64,000 nt of DNA from a virus (Duplodnaviria; Caudoviricetes). A program made the position numbers and the translations under genes. Location: IMG/VR virus record IMGVR_UViG_2806311071_000002, positions 1-64,000 of that record; one strand, 5' to 3'. A model generated the notes under the pieces. The model was not told the origin of the DNA. It ran no database searches and saw only the letters and a list, made by a program, of their open reading frames with translations. Shown piece by piece: positions 20,221 through 30,759 of the stretch; position 1 is the stretch's first letter, and each line of letters begins with the position of its first letter.

Positions 20221-20691
20221 TTAATCTAAATGTTCCATTACAATTTTTAGATAATCCTTATAGTCAATAGCAACCACATTGTCTCCTTTGACAAGTCGTT
20301 CACTTTTAACTCCAAAGAACCATCTGTCGTCTATCCACTGACGACCAGTCATATTATTTAAACCAAGTTCATCATGAGACCTGAAAGGACTCACCTTTTC
20401 AATTTGCTCAATCATAGCTTTTATTTCTTTAAAATGCTTAGATCGTTTTTTGATAGCGTAAAATCCGTCTTCTGGATTTTTAACAATGTCATTTTTAAAT
20501 ACTTCATATGCTTCAGTTCCTTCATAGACTCCGAAATATTCAGAGTGATAAAACGAGAAACCTTCCTCGACGCCATACTTTTCTTTAAACTTGTCGAAGA
20601 AAGTGTTAATGCCCTCTTTTCGTTTCTTCTCTGCTTTATACCAATCGCTCTCCTGTTTAACTTCATAAATCGGTGCATTTAAGGTTTGCAT
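20221..20691 (-). CDS. Hypothetical phage protein
   Basis: Likely start MQTLNAP after GAGGAG. Confidence 0.65.
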   Translation of the reverse strand: MQTLNAPIYEVKQESDWYKAEKKRKEGINTFFDKFKEKYGVEEGFSFYHSEYFGVYEGTEAYEVFKNDIVKNPEDGFYAIKKRSKHFKEIKAMIEQIEKVSPFRSHDELGLNNMTGRQWIDDRWFFGVKSERLVKGDNVVAIDYKDYLKIVMEHLD

Positions 20692-20998
20692 ACTCCCACT
20701 CCTCATTATTTGTTTTGATTTGTCGTATACTGCGCTTGCCCGGGAAATTATGAATATTTCCTTCTGACTATTTCCCTTCACATTGTTCATATCACTGTAA
20801 GAATAACTCCAAGAATGAGTGAACATCCTCCGATTAAGAAAACCGTAAGATAAAATGGTTTGCCTTCTTTAAAGTTCTTATTCTCAACCAAACATGCCAT
20901 TCCATTGCCTAAGAATATTGAACCGAATAAGATCAGACCCAGTACTAAATATGAAATTTCATCGCCTCAATTCTCGATAAAAGGAATATTATATACTC

Positions 20999-21196
20999 TT
21001 ATTTTATTTTTAAATTTAAATGCTCCAAACTTTTTGAAACAGTCATTTCACTACATTCGTTCTTAATGCGCTTAGATTGTTCTTGTGCGCAATCATTGCA
21101 ACAATTGAAATCTACATAAGTCTTCAATTCACTTACTCTGAGGCATATGATTTGGCCTTCTATGTATTCGCTACAGATATCACATATTCTGTTCAT
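20999..21196 (-). CDS. Small Cys-rich protein
   Basis: CDIC...CCNDC. Confidence 0.6.
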   Translation of the reverse strand: MNRICDICSEYIEGQIICLRVSELKTYVDFNCCNDCAQEQSKRIKNECSEMTVSKSLEHLNLKIK

Positions 21197-21460
21197 TTAT
21201 CCTCTCCTTCCGCCTCTTAGTAATTTTATTCTATACTTATTTTTTATATTTGTCTACTGTTTTTCAAATTATTTCTTTGATGTTTTTTAGAGCCGTAAAT
21301 GCTTGTAAGAGCGTTTTCTCTGCTCTTTCCCATACATGTTTATCTTCATACCGGATGTTGTTCTCTAAATAAACATATAAACTGTCTAGCAATGATTCAA
21401 TATTATCAATATCATTACCAATCATTTCGTTTTGGATTTCATTGATTGCTATTACCTCCT

Positions 21461-21688
21461 CTATGAGAATATTATTATAGCTTTTCCATTGTCATTCTTT
21501 ATGTACGGTGAGTGCTTTCTCTGAAGGTAATTTGTCCCCCTGCCTTCACCAATGCTCACGTTATAAACGGTCTTTACCTTATGTGTGTCTAATGCTTTTT
21601 GTTTAGCCTCTTCTACAGATTCTGCTTCAATTACCAAAGACGCGTTTTCGCCTTTGTCATCTTTACATCTAACATAGTACCTTTTCAA
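21461..21688 (-). CDS. Hypothetical phage protein
   Basis: ORF in operon. Confidence 0.6.
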   Translation of the reverse strand: MKRYYVRCKDDKGENASLVIEAESVEEAKQKALDTHKVKTVYNVSIGEGRGTNYLQRKHSPYIKNDNGKAIIIFS

Positions 21689-21725
21689 TAAACATCCCTT
21701 TATCCTTTCTTTTTATCCTGTTGTA

Positions 21726-21941
21726 TTAATCCTCTTTTAGGTAAGTCTTAAAAAACTCTTCTAGGTTTGCAGCAATCGCACCAGCAACTTCTGCATAATA
21801 TGTATGGCTCTTCTCTTCGGATCTTAAAAGCTCAACTGCAGCCTTAGCAATGGCTTTTATTTTCCCCTCGTCTAATTTGCCGCTTCTTACTTCATCTTTA
21901 ATTTTTTCTACCTTCTCTTTTAAGCTTTCTGGATAGTTCAT
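21726..21941 (-). CDS. Hypothetical phage protein
   Basis: GAGGTG RBS. Confidence 0.6.
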   Translation of the reverse strand: MNYPESLKEKVEKIKDEVRSGKLDEGKIKAIAKAAVELLRSEEKSHTYYAEVAGAIAANLEEFFKTYLKED

Positions 21942-21989
21942 TGCAGACCCACCTCTTATATTTTATTTTTACTCTTTAAAAGACAAATT

Positions 21990-23501
21990 TTATTCAGATT
22001 CTTTATTAACGTATGTATGTATTAATTCCTTGAATATTGACTCAAGTACAGTTACAGTAATTGAATTGCCGGCTTGCTTGTACAACTGCGAATTACTAAT
22101 TCCCACTGATAAAGCTTTCTCAAAATCTTCTTCATCAAATGCTTGCAGCCTCCAACATTCTAATGGAGTGAGCTTTCTAATTCTGTATTTTGGGTATTCA
22201 CCAATTGCTACACCATGACGATCAATTGTATTAACAGTGAAGGCCGGTTCATCGTCTTCTTTAAAGCGTCTGCCATTTTGTCTTTTTTCTTCCCTTTCTG
22301 GAGTTAAGACGGGTCTTATTTCAGGGTTTGGCACAGAAATTTTCACCCCTTCACCCTTATTTGTTGTTATAGTTGGACTTAGCCCATTTGAATTGTAAAC
22401 CTGGCCATTCATTCCTTTTCCTGAAGGATTAATATTACCAACATACTCAACAGCAATTTTAGGTTCTCTATGACCTCCTCCCATAGTTGTTAATGTTGGT
22501 GACACCCCATCAGGCGAGTACACTCTTTTAATTGCATCATGTCCTTTTAGATCAATGTGACCAATCATGATCGGGTCTTCCACTTTGTATAGCGAAGTCT
22601 GCCCTCCAAGACCACCTACCGATTGGGATGTCAAAGTTGTTGCAATGCCATTTGAATCATAGACTCTATTGCCTTGTTTAAAGTTTCTGGAATATGTTTT
22701 TCCGTTATTCAGCCACCTCTTTCCTACGTTAATGCCACCAACAAACACCACATCTTTTTCTTTTGGTTTTTCAATTTGTTCAATCAGTTTAGATGTTTTT
22801 TCTTCGCTTAAGTAATACTTCTCATCTACATATTCCTCAAGAATTTCTCGCAATCTCTGTCCAACAATATCTTGTGCAGACCATTTAAAATTGAAACTTT
22901 TTATATTTAATTCTTTTAATCTCTTTTTTCCCTTACTTAAAACATCGTTCCTTCCCTTTTCCAAAACCCATTCGTCATTTTCAATTAGATCTTCTCGAAC
23001 TCCAATTATGTATATACGCTCACGATTCTGAGGAACATTGAAAAATTTTGAATTAAGCAGCTCTAGGTCAATTCTGTAACCAACCTCACTAAAAGCTTCT
23101 GCCATCACATTCAAGGTGCTGCCTTTATCATGATTAATTAACCCTTTAACATTCTCAAAAACAAAGAACTTTGGTTGCTTTTCCTTAAGAGTTTCAATGT
23201 ATTGAAAAAACAATGTCCCCCTTGTATCTTCAAATCCTTTCCGATGCCCGGCTACACTAAAGCTTTGACAAGGAGATCCTCCAACTAAAAGATCAAATTC
23301 AGGCAAAAACGTTTTATCTATCTTACTTACATCACCGTAGTTTAGCTGCTCATCAACGTTGTGAATTGCACAATATGACTTAATGGCATACTTATCAATT
23401 TCGCTAAAGCCAACCAGTTCATATTCGACCCCAATGTTTCTTAGCGCAGCTTCAAATGCACCGATTCCACTAAAAAGACTCATTACACGTAGTTTACTCA
23501 A
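21990..23501 (-). CDS. mtbP: Multispecific DNA (cytosine-5) methyltransferase with four TRD modules
   Basis: LFSGIG, GSPCQSFS, ENV, QNRERI and YKQAGNS motifs; repeated RVY...G.S/ATTLT-type units in the variable region. Confidence 0.93.
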   Translation of the reverse strand: MSKLRVMSLFSGIGAFEAALRNIGVEYELVGFSEIDKYAIKSYCAIHNVDEQLNYGDVSKIDKTFLPEFDLLVGGSPCQSFSVAGHRKGFEDTRGTLFFQYIETLKEKQPKFFVFENVKGLINHDKGSTLNVMAEAFSEVGYRIDLELLNSKFFNVPQNRERIYIIGVREDLIENDEWVLEKGRNDVLSKGKKRLKELNIKSFNFKWSAQDIVGQRLREILEEYVDEKYYLSEEKTSKLIEQIEKPKEKDVVFVGGINVGKRWLNNGKTYSRNFKQGNRVYDSNGIATTLTSQSVGGLGGQTSLYKVEDPIMIGHIDLKGHDAIKRVYSPDGVSPTLTTMGGGHREPKIAVEYVGNINPSGKGMNGQVYNSNGLSPTITTNKGEGVKISVPNPEIRPVLTPEREEKRQNGRRFKEDDEPAFTVNTIDRHGVAIGEYPKYRIRKLTPLECWRLQAFDEEDFEKALSVGISNSQLYKQAGNSITVTVLESIFKELIHTYVNKESE

Positions 23502-23641
23502 TAAACAACCTCCATATATTTTATTTTTATTCTAAATAAAATTGATCTTTTAATCGGTTTCACAAACACTTCACACATTTCAAATATTTTACATGTTAGA
23601 CTAGGGTTGTACTTACAATCAAAACCTAGGAGGTAATCCTT

Positions 23642-23989
23642 ATGAAAAAGTTTTACAAAGGATTGATTGTTTCTGCTCTATCGCTTACAACACTAGCTCT
23701 CCCTGCATTCACATCACAAGCTTCAGCCCTAACACCTGTCAAATCAGTTGATCAAGTTAAGCAGCTAGGTGATCCGCTTGGTACTGTTGATTTTCACATG
23801 CTTAGGAATTCTAATGTATCTCTATTAAAAGGCTACACCCGGTGGGAAATTGTATCTGGAAGCAACCTTATAAGCATTAGTTCCAGTGGTGTTGTATCCT
23901 CTCATTCAACTTTGGGCACAGCATTGGTTTACGCGTATGACATTAACGACAATTATGTAATTTATAAAATTACAGTAGAAGCACGTTAG
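23642..23989 (+). CDS. Secreted small beta-rich protein (moron)
   Basis: Signal peptide ending ASA; AGGAGG RBS; hairpin at 23996-24017. Confidence 0.75.
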   Translation: MKKFYKGLIVSALSLTTLALPAFTSQASALTPVKSVDQVKQLGDPLGTVDFHMLRNSNVSLLKGYTRWEIVSGSNLISISSSGVVSSHSTLGTALVYAYDINDNYVIYKITVEAR

Positions 23990-24051
23990 TTAACTAAGGA
24001 GTGTTAATTCACTCCTTTTAACTTTATTTTCACTCTAAATATATTGATATT

Positions 24052-24570
24052 TCAAAGTAATTTCCGTTCAATCTCTTCCCAATTCATAACACGAATAAAT
24101 CTATTGTCATCCCTGTTATGGGGTGCATCAAATAGTATTTTCATTCCATCAAATGTTTCCAAGTTATGTATTCCGTCATCAATCATGATGTCTGCTTTAA
24201 TTATGTTTTTATTGCCACAAAGCACAACATTGCTATGTGGTATAAATGGGAAATGCTCTGTGAGCCATTCTAACTTTGCTTTAAGGGATTCTGGATGGTT
24301 TGTTGCTGTAGTAACAACATATACTTCATATTTCTTAGTCAGCTCCTTAACCGCCCTCTGACTTCCTTCTATAACATCCAGATTTCTGAACAATTCGTAA
24401 TCCAAATGTCTGTAAACATTGTTTTGGGTATTTGAATATTTGCTAATATCCCAGCACAGTATATCTTCCTCTTTTAGAAAAGGATCATCATAGGTGTTAA
24501 TGTAGGCTACCCAATCACTTAGTAAATCAGCTAAAACTTGATCCATGTCAATTGCAATTACTTTCTTCAT
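24052..24570 (-). CDS. yorS: 5'(3')-deoxyribonucleotidase (HAD, NT5C family)
   Basis: IAIDMDQVLAD and IDD motifs. Confidence 0.88.
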   Translation of the reverse strand: MKKVIAIDMDQVLADLLSDWVAYINTYDDPFLKEEDILCWDISKYSNTQNNVYRHLDYELFRNLDVIEGSQRAVKELTKKYEVYVVTTATNHPESLKAKLEWLTEHFPFIPHSNVVLCGNKNIIKADIMIDDGIHNLETFDGMKILFDAPHNRDDNRFIRVMNWEEIERKLL

Positions 24571-25075
24571 AAATCACCCCATTCGTTAAAAAGATTATGT
24601 CTTCAGCAATTTCTTTACTAGACCACTGCTCTGTATCCCATGAATATGTATGTAATCCTGCATCGCTCATTACTTCTCTGTATAACTCTAAGACCGGTTC
24701 AATATCTCGATCATTTATGTATTCATCACCACGTTCACTTAAACGCTGCTTAATAACTTTCGGATCAGCATGTAAGTAGATCACCTTGGCTTTGTCTCTA
24801 ATCTTCTCCTCAATCAGCCTTTGCTGTTCTTCCGTTAAGATTGAGTAATCCTTGAACTTCCTCGTATAAACCAAATTTGAATATATGTATCGGTCAATAA
24901 TTACATTGTCCTCATCGGCTAGCTTATTAAAGTGTTCAAACAGCTTCTCATTACCGCTCTTGGCCAATTCAAAGCTGGATCCCTTTATTACCGGATATCC
25001 GAGTTCTTTGCTTAGCTTATCTGCTACTGTTGATTTATAGCAGCAGTCAGTGCCTTCTAAAATTATCATCGTCAT
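24548..25075 (-). CDS. yorR: Deoxynucleoside monophosphate kinase-like protein
   Basis: ILEGTDCCYKST P-loop variant; IIDRY motif. Confidence 0.82.
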   Translation of the reverse strand: MTMIILEGTDCCYKSTVADKLSKELGYPVIKGSSFELAKSGNEKLFEHFNKLADEDNVIIDRYIYSNLVYTRKFKDYSILTEEQQRLIEEKIRDKAKVIYLHADPKVIKQRLSERGDEYINDRDIEPVLELYREVMSDAGLHTYSWDTEQWSSKEIAEDIIFLTNGVIYEESNCN

Positions 25076-25230
25076 TTATCTTCCACCCTTCTTACATTGC
25101 TGAAGCCAAGCACTCTATATGAGCCGTCTGGATACTCAACTTCTAATTGCTCATGTCCTTTATCAACTTGTGCAACAACACCAATCTCTCCTGTGAAACC
25201 AGCAATCACCTTCTCTCCCTTTTTGAACAT
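25072..25230 (-). CDS. Small KOW/SH3-like protein (below ORF-track cutoff)
   Basis: Manual translation MFKKGEKVIAGFTGEIGVVAQV...; 52 aa; GGAGG RBS. Confidence 0.6.
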   Translation of the reverse strand: MFKKGEKVIAGFTGEIGVVAQVDKGHEQLEVEYPDGSYRVLGFSNVRRVEDK

Positions 25231-25234
25231 ACAA

Positions 25235-25438
25235 TTAACCTCCTTTAGCTGGATTTAATTCATGCTCCTTGAAGAATGTAATATCACCTGTTTCATCACT
25301 GACCGCGTAATCATATGTCGCAGAGTGAAGCAACTCAATAATTTTCCCCTCCCGTCCAACATGATGAGGACAAGCGTTCTTTGCATTCTCATTTATGATG
25401 ACTTTTAACCCTTCTGGATAAGACCAAAACTTCGGCAA
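25235..25438 (-). CDS. yorP: YorP-family protein
   Basis: MPKFWSYPEGLKVIINENAKNACPHHVGREG. Confidence 0.75.
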   Translation of the reverse strand: MPKFWSYPEGLKVIINENAKNACPHHVGREGKIIELLHSATYDYAVSDETGDITFFKEHELNPAKGG

Positions 25439-25465
25439 TTAACCACCCCCTTTCGATTCCAACTA

Positions 25466-25654
25466 TTAATCTTCTAACTTGATTTTTGAAACATCTTCAA
25501 AGGTTATACCTGAGCTTAACAAGAACTTTTTAAATTCATCTAACAGGAATCCCAGGGTACCATCTTGATGATCATCTAAAGCGCATGAAGTAATGACTCT
25601 TTCTAATCTCGTTGTTTGGCTATATTCATCAGTGAACGACATTTCGACTTTCAA
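25466..25654 (-). CDS. Hypothetical protein
   Basis: GAGGGG RBS. Confidence 0.55.
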   Translation of the reverse strand: MKVEMSFTDEYSQTTRLERVITSCALDDHQDGTLGFLLDEFKKFLLSSGITFEDVSKIKLED

Positions 25655-25980
25655 ATCCCCTCTAATACCTGATCATCCCCTTATACTTTACTTTTAATCG
25701 TTAGATTTTTGTGTGTTATCACCTCCTATAATGTCATCAAATTTCCGTTCATCATATGTACCATCGTAATACCAAAGTTCGACACTATTTGTTTCGTGAT
25801 AAATGTCTACTATAATTCCTAATTCACCAGTTGATTTCACATATACTTCCTGATCTAGAGCAAACATGAGTACCCCACACTCTCTTATGTAATATTTTTC
25901 TATGTACTTATTGCATCGTCCACACTTTCAAAAAGTTTACAGCATTCCATCCATTGGTTACATTTACCACACCTTGATCA

Positions 25981-26736
25981 TTAGTTTTTCAATACCTTCA
26001 CCTTAACTGCCTTTCTTCCGAATAACCTTGCTTCATCTTCTGTATTCATAAGGATGTCAATTCTGTTGTTTTTTATATCTCCACCAGTATCAATTGCATA
26101 TGCTTGAAAGCTGTTTCCTTTGTAGCTAACCTCAACTAATGAGTTTAATGGAATTATTTTAGGATCCACCGCAATTATCCTCTTCCCTTTGAAATATGAT
26201 GTGCTTGATACATCATAGCCTGTCCTAGTTTTCCCAATGCACCCAGATGAACAAAATGCAGTATAAGCTGTTGCTACGACGTTTATTGAATGCAATGAAT
26301 GTGAAGGCCTCCGTGTATTTTCAGTAGCCTTTATTACAGCTTTATCTTCTTTACCTACTGAATACTTATTTTTAGTTTTTATAGTCAATCGTCTATGCTG
26401 CACCTTCTTGAGCTTTTTTGTTTGTATTAATTTTGCATTGATATACTTCTCTTGGCTTTCGATGCGTATATCCATGCTACTTTTAATTTTAGGAAGTGGT
26501 TTGCAGTTATGTTCCTTTTGATGCGTAAGGCTTTCAATTAATAATTCTTTTTGCTTTTTATTGTGTAATGGTTCTTCTTTCGCAGCAACTTCATTTTTTA
26601 CACTGTTGATATTCTTTACACTTACCACTCCCCCAGCAAACAAGAGCATTACGGTTGCTGTTAATTTTATGCTATTAATATTATAATATACATATTTTTT
26701 ATTTTTGTCTATGAGTTTTTTGAAAATTTTCATCAC
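25981..26736 (-). CDS. Membrane-anchored 3D-domain (lytic transglycosylase-like) protein
   Basis: N-terminal TM; ATAYT, IAVDPKIIPL and AIDTGGDIKNNRIDI motifs. Confidence 0.88.
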   Translation of the reverse strand: MMKIFKKLIDKNKKYVYYNINSIKLTATVMLLFAGGVVSVKNINSVKNEVAAKEEPLHNKKQKELLIESLTHQKEHNCKPLPKIKSSMDIRIESQEKYINAKLIQTKKLKKVQHRRLTIKTKNKYSVGKEDKAVIKATENTRRPSHSLHSINVVATAYTAFCSSGCIGKTRTGYDVSSTSYFKGKRIIAVDPKIIPLNSLVEVSYKGNSFQAYAIDTGGDIKNNRIDILMNTEDEARLFGRKAVKVKVLKN

Positions 26737-26747
26737 TTCCTCATAAT

Positions 26748-29039
26748 TTATGATACCTGTATTTCTATTTCCTTTTTATCAGCCCACGTGGTTTCTGTGA
26801 TCTCTAAGTCAACCACCACGGGCACTTGCATCCATTCCACATCTTCCATAATTCTCTTAATATGAGGGAAAATCCATTCCTCACCCTTGTGCACTAAAAA
26901 CTGCAATTCATCATGAATGTTGGCTAAGGGAAGGGTTTTACAATTGTTTTCTCTCAAAAATTCTCCAATTCTAATAACATATCGTTTTAACATGTCTGCG
27001 CATGATCCTTGGACATTATAGTTCCCTACTTTGTATGCTTTATCAGTATTTGAAAGGAAATAAACTCTCCCATACATATTTGTTGCATAGCCACTCTTTT
27101 GCACCTTAGTTGCAACTTGTTTCTGATAATAAGACACCTCCGGAAAGGTATTTGACCAACCTGAGACAAGGGCATTAGCAATTTCCATTGAGACTTCAAG
27201 TGCTTCTGATGCTTTTTTAGCACCCCCACCATAGTTTCGCATGAAGTTAAACATCTTTCCTATGTATCTCCAAAACTTTTTAAAAGATTTTTCATCAACT
27301 GGAGATTCTTTTTCATGGTCATATTGCTTATACTTTTCCACACATTTAAACGCCAGTGCCATTAATGTATTATGAGATGTTTCGCTATGTACATCAGTAG
27401 GAGTCCAGCTTTCTCCGTTTTCAAGAAGCCAAACTGACGTTCCATCTTCTTTTTTTTCATACCACCTCGCTCTTTCTTCTTTCGTATCAAAACGATACTC
27501 TTCACCAGTTATGTAATGAGTGCATTTAAAAGGCATATATGCTCTACATAGATTTAAATCAGGTCTCTTCAACAGAACTGTATAGTTTGCCTGTACTCTT
27601 AACTCTATTTGTGATAAGTCAAAGTATGCAATTTTGTTGTAATTTCCACCCTCCACTATAAATGCTCGTCTCGGAGAGAAAATTTCATATTCAATCGGTG
27701 CCTTACCTTCTCCATTTTCTTTCTCGTAATGCTCTCCTTCCTCTGTTAGAATTCTTTCTTTAGGAAATTGCTGCGCATCAGATCCCAGCCTTCCAGACAC
27801 GGTGTTAAACTGCCCATATTGTGTATAAAAATGATTATCATATTGCGCTACTTCAATAATCCTTGAAATATAAGTTGATTGCCACTTTTCAAGTCGTCTA
27901 AGTCTTGTAATTAATTGAGATACACGATCCTCTTTGTGCTTTTTAAGAAATGATTTATCAGTAGTTTCTGGTCTCTCTCCAAGTTTTTTCTCAAAGTAAT
28001 CAGCAATTACTGTCCCTTGAGAAACAGTGAAATATTCTCCGACGATCTCCCACAGTTCCTCGTATAGTTTTTGAATTTCGTCCTCACATTTTTTAAAGCA
28101 GGTGTGAAGATAAGACATGTCTACTTTCATACCGACACGTTCCATTTTTAATAACTCAATTATTAGTTTATTTTCTTGTTCAAGAATGGCTTTTTGTTTT
28201 CTTTTTAATACTGTAGGGTATGTAAATTCAACTAACTCTAATGTATATATTCCATCACTATGAACATATTCCATCATTACATTTCTGTCTACCTCAGAAT
28301 AATCAGCAAAGGGGTTCTCTTCCATCCACTTAAAATAGACCGTCTCAATCTCTTCAGGAACCTTGAGCCAACGTTGCTTTTTCTCTTTAGTAAAGTAGTC
28401 CATTTCATTACGTTTCTTAACTTTATATGCCTCTTTAATTTTTCCTAATCCCCAACCCTTGTAAGGCTTTAGCAACTCCTTTAAGACGTTTCGTTTTTCA
28501 TCATTTATTTTTCTAAGCTCTTTTTTTACCTCTTTTTCAAATTCAGCTGCCCTTGGATCAATGTACTTCTCCGAAACTTTTTTTAGTCCTAATACATCCC
28601 CTCCATCTCTTGCAGAAACAGCATCAAAACTTAACCTACATAGCCCCATAGTATCGACAATGTTTCTTAAGGCATATACAACCTCTTCGTTAACTCCTCC
28701 ATTAATGAGCATATGCAAATCATATTTTACGTTATGTCCTACTGTCATCATGCATTTTTTAGTAAGATTAATTACTTTTAATAACACGTCCCTATCAGAA
28801 TTAAATGCAAAACTCCGCCCCTTTAACTGAGCTGTTCTTTTATTCCTGGGTAGCAACCAACTAAAAACCCACATAAAAGGACGATCCTTAATTATGTGCA
28901 ACCCAGTCGTCTCAGAATCAAGTACGCATAATTTGGGGCTATCCTTGAGAAAGAGGCTCTCTATTTGTTCAAAGTCCTCTACCCAGTGCTTCTCATACTT
29001 TTCAGTGACTTCTGTTTCTAACTTTGGTTTTATTATCAT
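26748..29039 (-). CDS. Family A DNA polymerase with 3'-5' exonuclease
   Basis: ExoI DSETTG; ExoII HNVKYD; TVSGRLGS; motif A DLSQIELR; motif B RYIGKMFNFMRNYG; motif C IHDE. Confidence 0.93.
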   Translation of the reverse strand: MIIKPKLETEVTEKYEKHWVEDFEQIESLFLKDSPKLCVLDSETTGLHIIKDRPFMWVFSWLLPRNKRTAQLKGRSFAFNSDRDVLLKVINLTKKCMMTVGHNVKYDLHMLINGGVNEEVVYALRNIVDTMGLCRLSFDAVSARDGGDVLGLKKVSEKYIDPRAAEFEKEVKKELRKINDEKRNVLKELLKPYKGWGLGKIKEAYKVKKRNEMDYFTKEKKQRWLKVPEEIETVYFKWMEENPFADYSEVDRNVMMEYVHSDGIYTLELVEFTYPTVLKRKQKAILEQENKLIIELLKMERVGMKVDMSYLHTCFKKCEDEIQKLYEELWEIVGEYFTVSQGTVIADYFEKKLGERPETTDKSFLKKHKEDRVSQLITRLRRLEKWQSTYISRIIEVAQYDNHFYTQYGQFNTVSGRLGSDAQQFPKERILTEEGEHYEKENGEGKAPIEYEIFSPRRAFIVEGGNYNKIAYFDLSQIELRVQANYTVLLKRPDLNLCRAYMPFKCTHYITGEEYRFDTKEERARWYEKKEDGTSVWLLENGESWTPTDVHSETSHNTLMALAFKCVEKYKQYDHEKESPVDEKSFKKFWRYIGKMFNFMRNYGGGAKKASEALEVSMEIANALVSGWSNTFPEVSYYQKQVATKVQKSGYATNMYGRVYFLSNTDKAYKVGNYNVQGSCADMLKRYVIRIGEFLRENNCKTLPLANIHDELQFLVHKGEEWIFPHIKRIMEDVEWMQVPVVVDLEITETTWADKKEIEIQVS

Positions 29040-29058
29040 TGCTTCACCCCATTTTCAC

Positions 29059-30747
29059 CTAAAATAAAAAACTGTCTGTTACTTCGATATCTACAATTTC
29101 AACAGCAGGGGTTAACCTATCTTCATATTTATTAACCTTGCACTTGCCAACAATGTTGATATAAAAGTTCTCGTCACCATTATCAAACATCTCATCGAAA
29201 TCACCCTTATAGTACGGTTTAATTAGCTTATATTCGCCTGTTTTAATAACGAATGTTGATGTTCTATTCTTATGCACTTGAATATCTGATTTATTAACTT
29301 GTATCCCTTCTACGGCTAATATCGGCTCTTTGAGTGTCGATCCCCATTCATCTCGGTATTTATGTATAGTTTTTATTATCGAAGCACTCATGTCTTGGGC
29401 AGGGATAATAAAGTCAACTTCATGAATATCCTCTAGCGCAATTTCTGAATCAATTAAACTATTTAGTTGAATGTTTAAGCTTTCAAAATATTCCGGTTCG
29501 ATTTCAAACCCAAATGCATTTGCATGGCCTTCGCAAAAATTAAAAAGACCTGATTCAGTTAATACCTGTTTAAAGTTCTCAACTCCGCATTTTTCATACC
29601 CTCTAGCAGATCCTCCGAATTTCCCCCCTTTCGTTTTCCTTCCTAGGATTACAGGACGCTTAAACTTTTTTGCTAATTGTGTAGCTACAAGACCCGTAAA
29701 GGAGGGTTCCAATTCACCGGTAACGTCCAAAACTACAACTTTATCATTTATTTTCTTTTCAACGTAAATCTGATTAATCAGGCTACTAATTGGCTTTTCG
29801 AGTGATTTTTTCTGCCTGTTCTTCGTATTCGCAATTCTTCTGGCTACTGACTTAACAATCGGTTCGTATATTTTTTTTCTTGAATAATAAACAGATTCCT
29901 GGCTACCCAGTAATGCCTTCATCATGTCTATCTTTTCATCCATGGTTGCATAACGAATAGCAGCATTTATGAGCGGGACAATAGAGAACCCTGTGAAATG
30001 AATATTAATATTTCCATTCAAGAAAAATTTTTGCCTATCCACGATTTCCTGTATTAAAGGGTTTTTTATTTGTTTTAAGCCCTTTTTTACGTAATACCGT
30101 GTTTCCGGTTCCCTTAAGTCCATTACATCACCGATATTTCCTATTGCAACTAAATCCAAAAAATCATCTGCCAAACGTATTCCCAATTTATCATCTAACG
30201 CTTGGCAAAATTTATAAATGATACCTGTTCCAGAAAAGCTTTTGTTTTGGTACTTACTTGAGAGTTGATTATTAATAACAATAGCAGCATTGGATTCCCT
30301 CTCACATTCGTGATGATCTAAGATCAGCGTATCTATTCCCCGCTCTTGTAACTTTTCATGCAAATCATATTGATTACTGCCCGCATCTGGAACGATTAGC
30401 AAATGCGTATCTTCTGGAATTGTCTCAAGCGAGGCTCCATGTTCCTTTTTTTCATGAAGCCGCCATCTTACATCAAGCATAGGAAAAGCCCGGTTAAGAT
30501 AATTAATAAGAATCGCGCTTGAAAGGTAACCATCACAATCTGAGTCAACCTGAATAAAAATATTATTCCGTAATTCAATATGCTTGATCAAACAATCAAT
30601 ACCTTTTTTCATGTTGTTTAATAACGAGTAATGGTTTAAAGCTGATTCATTCAAATTAAAGAATAAATCAGAATCAAAACCCCTATTTTTTATTATTGTT
30701 GAGATTGGTTCTTTGTAATTGTTCTCCCCTATAAGTTTATAATTCAT
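29059..30747 (-). CDS. RecJ-like DHH single-stranded DNA exonuclease (YorK-like)
   Basis: DSDCDG, DAG, LDHH, GSARG and GHANAFG motifs. Confidence 0.92.
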   Translation of the reverse strand: MNYKLIGENNYKEPISTIIKNRGFDSDLFFNLNESALNHYSLLNNMKKGIDCLIKHIELRNNIFIQVDSDCDGYLSSAILINYLNRAFPMLDVRWRLHEKKEHGASLETIPEDTHLLIVPDAGSNQYDLHEKLQERGIDTLILDHHECERESNAAIVINNQLSSKYQNKSFSGTGIIYKFCQALDDKLGIRLADDFLDLVAIGNIGDVMDLREPETRYYVKKGLKQIKNPLIQEIVDRQKFFLNGNINIHFTGFSIVPLINAAIRYATMDEKIDMMKALLGSQESVYYSRKKIYEPIVKSVARRIANTKNRQKKSLEKPISSLINQIYVEKKINDKVVVLDVTGELEPSFTGLVATQLAKKFKRPVILGRKTKGGKFGGSARGYEKCGVENFKQVLTESGLFNFCEGHANAFGFEIEPEYFESLNIQLNSLIDSEIALEDIHEVDFIIPAQDMSASIIKTIHKYRDEWGSTLKEPILAVEGIQVNKSDIQVHKNRTSTFVIKTGEYKLIKPYYKGDFDEMFDNGDENFYINIVGKCKVNKYEDRLTPAVEIVDIEVTDSFLF

Positions 30748-30759
30748 TATTTTCCTCTC

